NCBI RefSeq assembly: GCF_000007145.1
Contig: NC_003902.1
Span: forward strand, 1,567,436 to 1,599,435
Length of the DNA: 32,000 nucleotides
Source of the DNA: Xanthomonas campestris pv. campestris str. ATCC 33913
Lineage (GTDB): Bacteria > Pseudomonadota > Gammaproteobacteria > Xanthomonadales > Xanthomonadaceae
Reading direction: 5' to 3'
Positions 16,586-25,608 of the stretch are shown in pieces. Position numbers and translations under genes: made by a program. The notes under the pieces were generated by a model. That model was given only the letters and a program-made list of their open reading frames with translations, ran no database searches and was not told the DNA's origin. Every line of letters begins with the position of its first letter. Position 1 is the stretch's first letter.

Positions 16586-16629
16586 GACCCCGCTCCTCCC
16601 GATTCCCGATTCCCGATTCCCAATTCCCG
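16495..16629. repeat. Inverted GGGAATN-heptamer hairpin element, copy C (straddles the lpxB/rnhB junction, inside both CDSs)
   Basis: Left arm 16495-16524: GGGACTC GGGAGTC GGGAATG GGGAATC GG. Right arm 16594-16629: ..CCTCCC GATTCCC GATTCCC GATTCCC AATTCCC G. The 69-nt loop contains the stop/start overlap at 16582-16585. Confidence 0.9.
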
Positions 16630-17778
16630 CTGCGTCAGCAGCTCAGCCACCGCCTCGGCCGCGCGCGCCGAGGCGTCCTGGCGCAGCTGCGCATGCAGGG
16701 CCAGATAGCGCGACTGCAGGCCGGCGACTTTTTCCGGGTGCTTGAACCAGTCCAGCAGGGCCTCGCACAGGCGCTCCGGGGTGCAGTCGTCCTGCATCAG
16801 CTCCGGCGCCAGGTCTTCGTTGGCCAGGATGTTGGGCAGGGCATAGCGGTTGACCTTGAGCAGGCCCAGCGTCTTGACGATGCGGTAGGTGAGCGGCGCG
16901 ACCTTGTAGCCCACCACCATTGGCCGCTTGACCAGCATCGCTTCCAGGGTGGCGGTGCCGGAGGCCAGCAGCACCACGTCGGCGGCCAGCATCGCGGTGC
17001 GCGCCTGGCCATCGAGCAGGTGCGAGCGCATCACTGGCAGCGAACTGCGCGACAACTGCTCGGCCAGCAACTGCTTGCAGCCCGGATTGGCGGCCGGCAC
17101 CAGCACGTGCAGGTTGGGCAAATGCTCGGAGACCAGCCAGGCCGCCTGGAAGAAGGTGTCGCCCAGCCGGCTGATTTCGCCATGCCGGCTGCCTGGCAGC
17201 ACCGCCAGCACGGTGCTGGACGTCGACAGCCCCAGCTTGGCGCGTGCGGCCTCGCGGTCGGCCTGGTAGGCAATGGCGTCGGCCATCGGGTGTCCGACGA
17301 AGCGCGCATCCACGCCGTGCTTGGCGTAGATCGGCGGCTCCATCGGGAACAGGCACAACACCAGGTCAGCGCTGACGCCGATCTTCTCGGCACGCTTCTC
17401 GCGCCAGGCCCACACCGAGGGGCTCACGTAATGCACGGTGCGCACGCCGCGCTGCTTGAGCCAGCGTTCCACCGGCAGATTGAAGTCGGGCGCGTCGATG
17501 CCGATGAAGACATCCGGCTTCCACGCCAGCACGCGCTCGCGAAAGGCGCTGCGCAATTTCAGCAGGCGCGGCAGATGCCGCAGCACTTCGGTCAGGCCCA
17601 TCACCGCCAGCTCGCTGGCGTCGAACCAGGTCTGGCATCCGGCACTGCGCATCGCATCGCCGCCGATACCGACGAATTCGGCATCGGGATAGCGGCGGCG
17701 CAGTGCGTCAATCAAGCCGGCACCGAGGATGTCGCCGGATGCTTCGCCGGCGATCAGGGCGATACGTGGAGCGCGCAT
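16582..17778 (-). CDS. lpxB: Lipid-A-disaccharide synthase
   Basis: ORF track 16582..18546 runs through lpxA out of frame. The true start is ATG 17778 ([40 protein letters not shown]...), the canonical LpxB N-terminus. 398 aa. The C-terminal tail ...[16 protein letters not shown] is repeat-encoded. Confidence 0.93.
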   Translation of the reverse strand: MRAPRIALIAGEASGDILGAGLIDALRRRYPDAEFVGIGGDAMRSAGCQTWFDASELAVMGLTEVLRHLPRLLKLRSAFRERVLAWKPDVFIGIDAPDFNLPVERWLKQRGVRTVHYVSPSVWAWREKRAEKIGVSADLVLCLFPMEPPIYAKHGVDARFVGHPMADAIAYQADREAARAKLGLSTSSTVLAVLPGSRHGEISRLGDTFFQAAWLVSEHLPNLHVLVPAANPGCKQLLAEQLSRSSLPVMRSHLLDGQARTAMLAADVVLLASGTATLEAMLVKRPMVVGYKVAPLTYRIVKTLGLLKVNRYALPNILANEDLAPELMQDDCTPERLCEALLDWFKHPEKVAGLQSRYLALHAQLRQDASARAAEAVAELLTQRELGIGNRESGGAGS

Positions 17779-17786
17779 GCGCGCGC

Positions 17787-17894
17787 CGGGAATCGGGAGT
17801 GGGGAATGGGGAATCGATGCGGCATCCGGGACGGAGACGGCCGCGCCAACGTGCGCACCTGCACCGTGTTCCGGTTCCCGATTCCCGATTCCGG
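17787..17894. repeat. Inverted GGGAATN-heptamer hairpin element, copy D (lpxA-lpxB spacer)
   Basis: Left arm 17787-17816: C GGGAATC GGGAGTG GGGAATG GGGAATC G. Right arm 17871-17894: CC GGTTCCC GATTCCC GATTCC GG. The loop is 54 nt. The element fills the 116-nt spacer between the lpxA stop (17895) and the lpxB start (17778). Confidence 0.9.
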
Positions 17895-18686
17895 TCATCG
17901 CAGCAGCGGCCGTTCCGCCGCCTCGATGAACTCGAGCAGCCCTCGCACGTCGTCGCTGTCGCGGGCCTGTTCGGCCAGCTGCAGCTTTGCTTCGGCCAGC
18001 GGCAGGCCGGCCACATACAGCGTGCGGTAGGCGCGCTTGATCGCGGAGATCCGCTCGGCATCGAAGCCGCGGCGCTTGAGCCCTTCGCTGTTGATGCCGC
18101 GCGGGCGGCCCAGCGAGTCGCTGCCCACCATGGTGAAGGGCGGCACGTCGCCATTGGTCAGCGCGCCCATGCCCAGGAAGGCGTGCGCGCCGATCCGGCA
18201 GAACTGATGCGCGCCGGCAAACCCGCTGATGATCACGTAGTCGCCCACGGTGACGTGGCCGGCCAGCGTGGTGTTGTTGGAGAACACGCAGTGATTGCCG
18301 ACGTGGCAGTCGTGCGCCACGTGCGTGTAGGCCAGCATCCAGTTGTCGTCGCCGACCACGGTGATGCCGCCGCCGCCGCCGGTGCCGCGGTTGATGGTGA
18401 CGAACTCGCGGATCACGTTGCCGTTGCCGATCACCAGTTCGGTGCGCTCGCCGGCGTACTTCTTGTCCTGCGGTTCGCCGCCGATCGCGGCGTGGCCGAT
18501 GAAGCGGTTGTTGCTGCCGATCCGGGTAGGCCCGTGGATCGAACAATGCGGCCCCACCTCGGTGCCGGCGCCGATCTCCACGTCTGCGCCGATCAGCGAA
18601 AACGCGCCGACGCGCACATCGCTGGCCAGCCGCGCCGCAGGGTCGATGACAGCGGTGGGATGAATCAAGGGTGCCTGATCACGCAT
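17895..18686 (-). CDS. lpxA: Acyl-ACP--UDP-N-acetylglucosamine O-acyltransferase
   Basis: 263 aa. Left-handed beta-helix hexapeptide repeats ([43 protein letters not shown]...), then the helical C-terminal domain [13 protein letters not shown]...I..IKRAYR.LY. GGAGGTGA RBS upstream of ATG 18686. Confidence 0.96.
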   Translation of the reverse strand: MRDQAPLIHPTAVIDPAARLASDVRVGAFSLIGADVEIGAGTEVGPHCSIHGPTRIGSNNRFIGHAAIGGEPQDKKYAGERTELVIGNGNVIREFVTINRGTGGGGGITVVGDDNWMLAYTHVAHDCHVGNHCVFSNNTTLAGHVTVGDYVIISGFAGAHQFCRIGAHAFLGMGALTNGDVPPFTMVGSDSLGRPRGINSEGLKRRGFDAERISAIKRAYRTLYVAGLPLAEAKLQLAEQARDSDDVRGLLEFIEAAERPLLR

Positions 18687-18707
18687 CGTCTCACCTCCAA
18701 AAACGGG

Positions 18708-19169
18708 TTATTCCCTGGCGCCGGCGCACATGACTTCGGCACTGGCCACGATTTCGCCGTTGACCTTGGCTTCGCCGTAATAGCATCCCATGTTGCGGAT
18801 CAGGCGCTTCATCTGCACCTCCAGGATCAGCACATCCCCCGGCACCACCTGCTTGTTGAAGCGGGCGTTGTCGACCTTGACCATGTAGAACAGCTTGGAC
18901 AGCGCATCGCGGCCCAGGCCGAGCTGGGTCATCACGCCGCCGGCCTGCGCCAGCGCTTCGATGATCAGCACACCCGGCATCACCGGACGGGTCGGGAAGT
19001 GCCCCTGAAAGAACGGCTCGTTGATGGTGACGTTCTTCTGCCCGACGATGCGCTTGGCTTCCAGGTCCAGCTCGATGACGCGGTCGATCAGCAGGAACGG
19101 GTAGCGGTGCGGGATCAGCGTCTGGATCTGATTGACGTCGATCGGCAGCTCGTAAATGGGGTGACTCAT
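18708..19169 (-). CDS. fabZ: 3-hydroxyacyl-ACP dehydratase FabZ
   Basis: ORF track 18708..19247, trimmed to ATG 19169 (MSHPIYELPIDVNQIQTLIPHRYPFLLIDRV...FFQGHFPTRPVMPGVLIIEALAQ). The start overlaps the lpxD stop (ATGA at 19166-19169). Confidence 0.96.
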   Translation of the reverse strand: MSHPIYELPIDVNQIQTLIPHRYPFLLIDRVIELDLEAKRIVGQKNVTINEPFFQGHFPTRPVMPGVLIIEALAQAGGVMTQLGLGRDALSKLFYMVKVDNARFNKQVVPGDVLILEVQMKRLIRNMGCYYGEAKVNGEIVASAEVMCAGARE

Positions 19170-20179
19170 TGGTTCTCCTTGCCCACAGCCAGAATGCGCC
19201 TTGCCAGCGCATCGAGTTGTTTGAAGCGCGCGGCATTCTTGCGCCACGTGCGATTGTCGGTGAGAGGGGTGCCGGACGAGTACTCGCCGGGCTCATGGAT
19301 GGAATTGCGCACCACCGACTTGCCGGTGATGACCACCTTGTCGCAGATCTCCAGATGGCCAACCACGCCAACGTGGCCGCCCAGCAGGCAATAGCGGCCG
19401 ATCTTTGCGCTGCCGGCGATACCGGTGCAGCCGGCGATCGCACTGTGCGCGCCGATGCGGCAGTTGTGCGCAATCTGCACCAGGTTGTCCACGCGCACGT
19501 CTTCTTCCAGCACGGTGTCTTCCAGCGCGCCGCGGTCGATGCAGGTGTTGGCGCCAATTTCGCAATCGTCGCCGATCACCACGCCGCCCAGCTGCGGCAC
19601 CTTGATCCAGTGGCCAGCGTCCATCGCCAGGCCAAAGCCGTCGGCGCCGAGCACCGCGCCGGGATGCACGCGCACGCGCTTGCCCAGGCGAACACGGGTC
19701 ACCAGGGTAACGCGGGCAATCAGTTCGCATCCGTCATCGACCACGCAGTCTTCGCCGATGATGCTGCCGGCGCCGATCACGCAACCATCGCCCACGCGGC
19801 TGCCCGCGCCAATGCTCACAAACGGGCCGACATGCGCAGTTGGCGACACGGTGGCGGTCGGGTCGATCACCGCGGAGGCATGGATGCCGGGCGCACGCAC
19901 CGGCGCGACATCGAATAGCGCGGCGATCTTGGCGAATGCGGTGTACGGGTCCTTGGCAACCAGGGCTGTGCCCTGCGCAGACTCGGCATCGTCAGCGCGC
20001 AGGATCACCACTGACGCCTGCGTTTCGGCTAACTGCGGGCGATAGCGCGGATTGGCCAGGAAGCTCAGCTGCCCTGTTCCCGCGTGCGCCAGGGTGGCGA
20101 CACCGCTGACTTCGGTGGCGCCATCGCCGACAACGGTCAGACCAAATTGCGCGGCAATCTCACTGGCGGTCAAACGCAT
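19166..20179 (-). CDS. lpxD: UDP-3-O-(3-hydroxyacyl)glucosamine N-acyltransferase
   Basis: ORF track 19166..20488, trimmed to ATG 20179 (MRLTASEIAAQFGLTVVGDG...) with GAAGAGG upstream. 337 aa with long hexapeptide-repeat beta-helix and a C-terminal helix. Confidence 0.94.
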   Translation of the reverse strand: MRLTASEIAAQFGLTVVGDGATEVSGVATLAHAGTGQLSFLANPRYRPQLAETQASVVILRADDAESAQGTALVAKDPYTAFAKIAALFDVAPVRAPGIHASAVIDPTATVSPTAHVGPFVSIGAGSRVGDGCVIGAGSIIGEDCVVDDGCELIARVTLVTRVRLGKRVRVHPGAVLGADGFGLAMDAGHWIKVPQLGGVVIGDDCEIGANTCIDRGALEDTVLEEDVRVDNLVQIAHNCRIGAHSAIAGCTGIAGSAKIGRYCLLGGHVGVVGHLEICDKVVITGKSVVRNSIHEPGEYSSGTPLTDNRTWRKNAARFKQLDALARRILAVGKENQ

Positions 20180-20211
20180 CAGGTGAACCTCTTCTAAACA
20201 TGAAGGCGCTG

Positions 20212-20240
20212 GTTTTACGAAAAGAAAACGCAACCAACAA
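20212..20240 (-). promoter_or_regulatory. Candidate sigma70-type promoter for the lpxD-fabZ-lpxA... operon
   Basis: On the minus strand: TTGTTG (complement of 20235-20240), a 17-nt spacer, then TAAAAC (complement of 20212-20217). It sits about 33 nt upstream of the lpxD ATG, in a locally AT-rich patch just downstream of the bamA terminator. The hexamers match consensus only partially. Confidence 0.25.
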
Positions 20241-20306
20241 GTGACTAAAACTCCGGGCGTATCCCTTGCGTGGTCGCAATCGTGCGGCACACCTAGGAAG
20301 AAGCAT

Positions 20307-20507
20307 ATGAAAACTGTCCTCTCCGTCTTCGGAAGCCTGGTCCTGCTGGGTGCGGTCAGCACCGCCTCCGCGTATGACTTCTCGGAACAGCAAGCCAATG
20401 CGCAGAGCCTGTGGGACCAGCAGGTCCAGTGCGTCAACAGCTCCGATTGGAGCGGCACCGCCGACTGCCTGGGCACCGTGTGGAGCAACTACCTCAGCAC
20501 CTACTGA
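20307..20507 (+). CDS. Small secreted protein (66 aa precursor, about 44 aa mature, 2 Cys); function unknown
   Basis: ORF track 20241..20507, trimmed to ATG 20307 with AGGAAG at 20295-20300. MKTVLSVFGSLVLLGAVSTASA/YDFSEQQANAQSLWDQQVQCVNSSDWSGTADCLGTVWSNYLSTY has a clear signal peptide with an ASA site. Strong GC3 bias in this frame. A hairpin terminator follows directly. Confidence 0.6.
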   Translation: MKTVLSVFGSLVLLGAVSTASAYDFSEQQANAQSLWDQQVQCVNSSDWSGTADCLGTVWSNYLSTY

Positions 20508-20537
20508 GTCCGTGCCGAAAACAGACCTGGTGTAAAC

Positions 20538-20577
20538 AAACAATGGCGGCCCGAGTAGTCGGGCCGCCCATTGTTTT
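20538..20577. terminator. Bidirectional rho-independent terminator (ends bamA on the minus strand and the small ORF on the plus strand)
   Basis: AAACAATGGCGGCCCG (20538-20553), loop AGTAGT, then CGGGCCGCCCATTGTTTT (20560-20577). About 16 bp of stem with one bulged G. U-runs are available on both strands. Confidence 0.75.
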
Positions 20578-20589
20578 GCTGCGTACGAT

Positions 20590-22959
20590 TTAAAACTGGC
20601 CGCCGAAGGTGAACTGCAGACGCTCGATTTCGTCGTTGTCTTCCTTCTTCAGCGGGAACGCATAGCTGATCGAAATCGGGCCGACCGGGGCGCGCCACAG
20701 GAGTGCGACACCGGTTGAGGCACGCAGCTCATTGGCCTTGAAAGCATCCACGTCGCTGTAAACGTTGCCGAAGTCGAAGAACGCCGAGATGCGCGCCGAC
20801 GGGCTGTCGAACAACTTCGGGAAATACATTTCCACCGAGCCCACCGTTTTCAACGAGCCGCCGAGTGGCTGACCACGGTTGAATCCGTTGATCGCCTCCG
20901 AGCGCGGTCCCAGCGTGTTGTCTTCGAAGCCGCGCACCGAATTGGTACCGCCAGCGTAGAAGTTCTCGTAGAAGGGCAGGCCGGTGGCGGTGACCGGACG
21001 CGTGGTGCCGTCGGCGTTGGTGATTACGCCAGAACTGTCCTTGCCGTAGCTGTCGCCATAGCCCAACTCAAACCGCGTATTGAGAACAATCGCAGGAATG
21101 ATCGGCCAGTAGTTCGAAATCTGATAATTAAGCTTGTAGTACTCCACCGTGGAACCAGGAAGCGTGGTTTCCAGGCCAACACGCTGATACATGCCGCGCG
21201 TCGGCATAAAGAAGTCGTTGCGAGTATCACGCGCCCAACCGAACTCAGTCCGCACGGCCTTGAAAGTATCGGTGCCGATCGCTTGAATGTAGTCGACAAT
21301 TGCCTGCGGCGTCGTACCCGGGAAGGTAGTGATCTGATTGCTATCGACGCCGATCATCGCCGAGACAGTATCGTTCTCGGTGATCGGCACGCCGAACACC
21401 ACCTGTGCCGACCCATTCGTGCTGTTGAACTGGGCGGTATTGAAGTCAGAATAGTCCAGCTCTCGCCACGACAGGTTGTAGCCCAGCGACACGCCGTCGT
21501 CGGTAAAGAACGGATTGGTGTAGGAGAATGCATAGCGCTGCTGGAAGGTGCTGCGCGAGGCTTCCACTGCCACCCGGTTACCGCCGCCCAGGAAGTTGTT
21601 CTGCGACAGCTGCACCGAGGTGGTCACGCCGAACGCTTGCGAGAAGCCCAGGCCGAAGACGAAGCTGCCTGAGGTGGTTTCCTTGACGTTGTAGACCACG
21701 TCCACCTGGTCGTTGCTGCCCGGCACCGCGGGGGTTTCCACGTCCACGCTCTCGAAGTAGCCCAGGCGTTGCAGACGGATCTTGGAACGGTCGATCGCGG
21801 CCTGCGAGTACCAGGTGTTCTCGAACTGGCGCATTTCGCGGCGCAAGACCTCGTCGGAGGTGCGGCTGTTGCCCTTGTAGAGGATGCGGCGCACCGACAC
21901 GCGCGGCCCCGGCACGACCTGCAGGTTCACTGCAACGGTGCGGTCTTCGCGGTTCGGCGTGGGGATCGGGTTGACCTTGGCAAAGGCGTAGCCGACGTTG
22001 CTCAGCGTGTTGGTGATGGCATCGGAGGTGTATTCCAGCAAGGCACGCGAGAAGATGTCGCCGGCCTTGGGGATCACCAGGCGCTCGATGTCGGCCTGCG
22101 GCAATACAGTGTCGCCGGTGACCTTGATCTCGGAAATCTTGTACTGCTCACCCTCGGTCACGCCGGCGCTGACGAACATGTCGCGCTTGTCCGGGCTGAT
22201 CGACACCTGGGTGGAGTCGACGCTGAAGTCGACATAGCCACGGTCCAGGTACCAGGAGTTGAGCTTCTCCAGGTCGCCGGACATCTTTTCCTTGGAGTAC
22301 TGGTCGTCGCGGCGGTACCACGAGGCCCAGTTGTGCTCCTTGGATTCCCAGTTTTCCAGGATGTCTTCGTTGGCGAACTTTTCCGTACCAATCAGGTTGA
22401 CGTGGCGGATCTTGGCCGCCTTGCCTTCCTTGATCGCGATGGCTACATCGACGCGGTTGCGGTCCAGCGGGCTGACCGTCGGGGTGATCTCGACGTTGTA
22501 CTTGCCGCGGTTGTTGTACTGACGGGTCAGCTCCTGGGTCACGCGGTCCAGGCTCAGACGGTCGAAGGTGCCGCCTTCGGTCAGGCCGATGTCGCCCAGG
22601 CCCTTGAGCAGCTCTTCGGACTTGATGTCCTTGTTGCCGGTCACGGTGAGCTTGTTGATCGCCGGGCGTTCCTTGACCGTGATGACCAGGATGTTGCCCT
22701 GGCGATCCAGCTGCACGTCTTCGAAGAAGCCGGTGCGGTACAGCGCGCGGATCGAGTCGGCGACCTTGCCATCGTCCACGGTATCGCCACGGTTCACCGG
22801 CAGGTAGGTGAACACGGTGCCGGATGCAATGCGCTGCAGGCCGTCCACGCGAATGTCGCTGGCGACGAACGGCTCGGCGGCCAGGGCTGCGGCGGCTGGC
22901 AGGCTGAGGCCGGCGGCAAGAGCGAGGGCAAGCAGGCGGCGAGTGGGAAGACGCGTCAT
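20590..22959 (-). CDS. bamA: Outer-membrane protein assembly factor BamA
   Basis: ORF track 20590..23046, trimmed to ATG 22959 (MTRLPTRRLLALALAAGLSLPAAAALA/AEPFVASDIRVDGLQRI...). Signal peptide, POTRA repeats, then a beta-barrel ending ...RLQFTFGGQF. Confidence 0.96.
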   Translation of the reverse strand: MTRLPTRRLLALALAAGLSLPAAAALAAEPFVASDIRVDGLQRIASGTVFTYLPVNRGDTVDDGKVADSIRALYRTGFFEDVQLDRQGNILVITVKERPAINKLTVTGNKDIKSEELLKGLGDIGLTEGGTFDRLSLDRVTQELTRQYNNRGKYNVEITPTVSPLDRNRVDVAIAIKEGKAAKIRHVNLIGTEKFANEDILENWESKEHNWASWYRRDDQYSKEKMSGDLEKLNSWYLDRGYVDFSVDSTQVSISPDKRDMFVSAGVTEGEQYKISEIKVTGDTVLPQADIERLVIPKAGDIFSRALLEYTSDAITNTLSNVGYAFAKVNPIPTPNREDRTVAVNLQVVPGPRVSVRRILYKGNSRTSDEVLRREMRQFENTWYSQAAIDRSKIRLQRLGYFESVDVETPAVPGSNDQVDVVYNVKETTSGSFVFGLGFSQAFGVTTSVQLSQNNFLGGGNRVAVEASRSTFQQRYAFSYTNPFFTDDGVSLGYNLSWRELDYSDFNTAQFNSTNGSAQVVFGVPITENDTVSAMIGVDSNQITTFPGTTPQAIVDYIQAIGTDTFKAVRTEFGWARDTRNDFFMPTRGMYQRVGLETTLPGSTVEYYKLNYQISNYWPIIPAIVLNTRFELGYGDSYGKDSSGVITNADGTTRPVTATGLPFYENFYAGGTNSVRGFEDNTLGPRSEAINGFNRGQPLGGSLKTVGSVEMYFPKLFDSPSARISAFFDFGNVYSDVDAFKANELRASTGVALLWRAPVGPISISYAFPLKKEDNDEIERLQFTFGGQF

Positions 22960-23042
22960 GTCACATCCGGTTGGAGTCGATTGCGGGTGTTGCTGGGTGC
23001 CGGCGTATGACGACGACAACAGGCGGAAAGAGTGGAGCAGCT

Positions 23043-24389
23043 TCATCGTGGAACCAGGCCGAGGATGTCGTTGTAGAACGCCAGACCCATCAAGCCTGCC
23101 AGGACCGCGAGGCCGACATATTGCCCGGCGATCATGGCCCGTTCGCTGATCGGGCTGCCCTTGACCAACTCAATAAGGTAATACAGCAGGTGCCCACCGT
23201 CCAAGATTGGGATGGGCATCAGGTTGATGATGGCCAGGCTGAGCGAGAGCAGGCCCAGGAAATACAGGAACCAGTCCACGCCGCGTTCGGCCGAGGCGTT
23301 GGCGGCGCGGGCGATGGTGACCGGGCCGGAAATGTTCTTCACCGAGGCCTGGCCGGTCAGCATGCGCTTCATCATGCCCAGCGAATCGGCGGTCATCTTG
23401 CCGGTTTCGCGGATCGCGGCGGGTACCGCGGCAAACGCCCCGTATTGCTGGCGGCTGTCGTAGGCCGGCGCCGCGGTGGCCGCAAACCCCACGCCCAGCA
23501 TCCACTGGCCTTCGGGCGACTTGCGCGGGGCAATTTCCAGCGCCAGCCGGTCGTCCTCGCGCGCGACCTCGATCATGCCGGTGCCGCCCTGCGTGCCCAG
23601 CGCCTGGAGCTGGGCGGGCACTTCGCCGGCCGAGCGGATCGGCTGGCCGTCGATGGCCACGATCCGGTCGCCCGGCTTGAGAACGCCGTCGGCCGCCGAG
23701 CCGGCGACCACCTTGTCCACCACCGGCGGCTGCAGCATGAACTGCCAGCCGATGCCGGCCAGCGTGGCCACGCGGCGCTCGTCGAACCCCGCCGGCAGCT
23801 GCGACAGGCGCAGCGTGTGCTCGCTGTTGCCGCCTTCCTCCGCTGCGGTCAGCACCTGCACGTCGCGGCGGTCCATGGCCGCGGTGGTCAGCTGCATGCT
23901 GGCATCGCTCCAGCTGCTGACGCTGCGGCCATCGATGCGCACGATGCGCTCGCCCGGCACCAGCCCGGCGGCGGCGGCCAGCCCATCGGCGCGGCCGACG
24001 GTGGCCGAGTAATCCTGCTTGCCGATCACAAACATCGCCCACAGCATGACCATGCACAGCAGCAGGTTGGCGATCGGCCCGGCGGCCACGATCGCGATGC
24101 GCTGCCACACCGTCTTGCGGTTGAAGGCCTGCTCACGCTCGGCCGGGTGCACCTCGCCTTCGCGCTCGTCGAGCATCTTCACGTAGCCGCCCAGCGGGAT
24201 CGCGGCGATCGCGAACTCGGTGCCGTGGCGGTCGCGGCGCATCCACAGCGGCTTGCCGAAACCGACCGAAAAACGCAGCACCTTGACGCCGCAGCGGCGC
24301 GCGACCCAGAAGTGCCCGAATTCGTGGAAGGTCACCAACACGCCCAGGCTGACGATCATCCACCAGACCGAACCGATGAAATCACCCAT
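23043..24389 (-). CDS. rseP: Site-2 (RIP) zinc metalloprotease RseP
   Basis: 448 aa. HEFGHFWVARRCGV (HExxH), two PDZ-like segments, and a C-terminal NLMPIPILDGGHLLYY motif. Confidence 0.94.
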   Translation of the reverse strand: MGDFIGSVWWMIVSLGVLVTFHEFGHFWVARRCGVKVLRFSVGFGKPLWMRRDRHGTEFAIAAIPLGGYVKMLDEREGEVHPAEREQAFNRKTVWQRIAIVAAGPIANLLLCMVMLWAMFVIGKQDYSATVGRADGLAAAAGLVPGERIVRIDGRSVSSWSDASMQLTTAAMDRRDVQVLTAAEEGGNSEHTLRLSQLPAGFDERRVATLAGIGWQFMLQPPVVDKVVAGSAADGVLKPGDRIVAIDGQPIRSAGEVPAQLQALGTQGGTGMIEVAREDDRLALEIAPRKSPEGQWMLGVGFAATAAPAYDSRQQYGAFAAVPAAIRETGKMTADSLGMMKRMLTGQASVKNISGPVTIARAANASAERGVDWFLYFLGLLSLSLAIINLMPIPILDGGHLLYYLIELVKGSPISERAMIAGQYVGLAVLAGLMGLAFYNDILGLVPR

Positions 24390-24415
24390 GGATGCAACTC
24401 GGCAGCGTGGTTCGA

Positions 24416-25606
24416 TCAGGCATGAAGGGAATGATGGGCGAGGGCGCGTTCAGTGGTTCGCCGTGCTTCGGCATCGGCGAAAAGGAGAGCATTCAGGGTA
24501 TCGGCATTCTGCCGCTGAAGCGTTGTCAGCGTGTGTTCGACCAACGCAGGGATGGCTAGGAAACCCACCTTGCCCTGAAGAAACGCTGAAACAGCCACTT
24601 CGTTGGCTGCGTTCAGGATCGCCGGCGCGGTGCCGCCGGCGCGCAAGGCGTCCCAGGCCAGGCGCAGGCACGGGAACGCCTCGGTGTCCGGAGCTTCGAA
24701 GTCCAGCCGGCCTTGCTGCAGCAGATCCAGGCCGCCGACGCCGGACTCGACGCGCTCCGGCCAGGCCAGGCCGACCGCCAGGGTGGTGCGCATGTCCGGT
24801 AGCCCGAGCTGGGCCAAGGTGGAGCCGTCGACGAATTCCACCAACGAATGCACCAGGCTCTGCGGGTGCACCAGCACGTCGATCTGCTCGCCGGGCAGGC
24901 CGAATAGATGGTGCGCCTCGATCACTTCCAGGCCCTTGTTCATCAGCGTGGCCGAGTCGACCGAGATCTTCGGCCCCATCGACCATTTCGGGTGCGCCAC
25001 CGCTTGGGCGGGCGTCACTTCGGCCAATTGCGCACGCTGGCGGCCGCGGAACGGCCCGCCGGAGGCGGTCAGGATCACCCGCCGCACCCCGCGGCTGGCG
25101 TCGCAGGAGCGCAGGCACTGAAAGATCGCACTGTGCTCGCTGTCGATCGGAATGATCTCCGCGCCGGCCGCAGCCGCGGTGCGGGTCAGCAGCTCGCCGG
25201 CCAGCACCAGGGATTCCTTGTTGGCCAGCAACAGGCGCTTGCCGGCGGCCGCGGCCGCCAGGGTGGACGACAGGCCGGCGGCGCCGACGATCGCCGCCAC
25301 CACGGTGTCGCAGGCATCGCTGGCCGCCAGCGCGTCCAGCGCCTGATCACCGGCATGCGCCTGGGTGGTCAGGCCGGCGGCGCGCAAACCATCGCGCAAT
25401 GCCGGATACAACGCGGCGTCGGCGATCACCGCGTGGGCGGGGCGGTGCAGCACGCACAACGCCAGCAGCGCATCGACCTTGCTGCCGGCCGACAGCACGC
25501 TGGCACGCAGCCGCTCCGGATGCCGGGCAATCACGTCCAGTGCCGAGGCACCGATGGAGCCGGTCGCGCCGAACACGGCGACCCGACGAAGAGAAGAACC
25601 TGACAT
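24416..25606 (-). CDS. dxr: 1-deoxy-D-xylulose-5-phosphate reductoisomerase
   Basis: ORF track 24416..26359 runs through cdsA out of frame. The true start is ATG 25606 ([25 protein letters not shown]...). Contains [44 protein letters not shown]. 396 aa. Confidence 0.96.
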
Positions 25607-25608
25607 GC

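Noticed and set aside
5318-17894. Heptamer arrays as a CRISPR array or minisatellite-encoded protein repeat
   Set aside because: The units are 7 nt with no unique spacers between them, there are only 3-5 units per arm, and the arms are inverted rather than direct. No cas genes are present. A 7-nt period cannot be a conserved amino-acid repeat.
16693-19394. Plus-strand ORFs 16693-18030 (445 aa) and 17703-19394 (563 aa) across lpxB/lpxA/fabZ
   Set aside because: Antisense shadows with no motifs. The same judgement applies to 10325-11902, 21769-23010, 22971-24425, 7496-8671, 29363-30583 and 30526-31572 on the plus strand.
20160-20543. 127-aa minus-strand ORF in the bamA-lpxD gap as a diverged skp/ompH
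   Set aside because: It has no signal peptide and none of the Lys/Gln/Glu-rich coiled-coil character of Skp. It overlaps the lpxD start region and is antisense to a better-supported small secreted-protein gene with strong GC3 bias.
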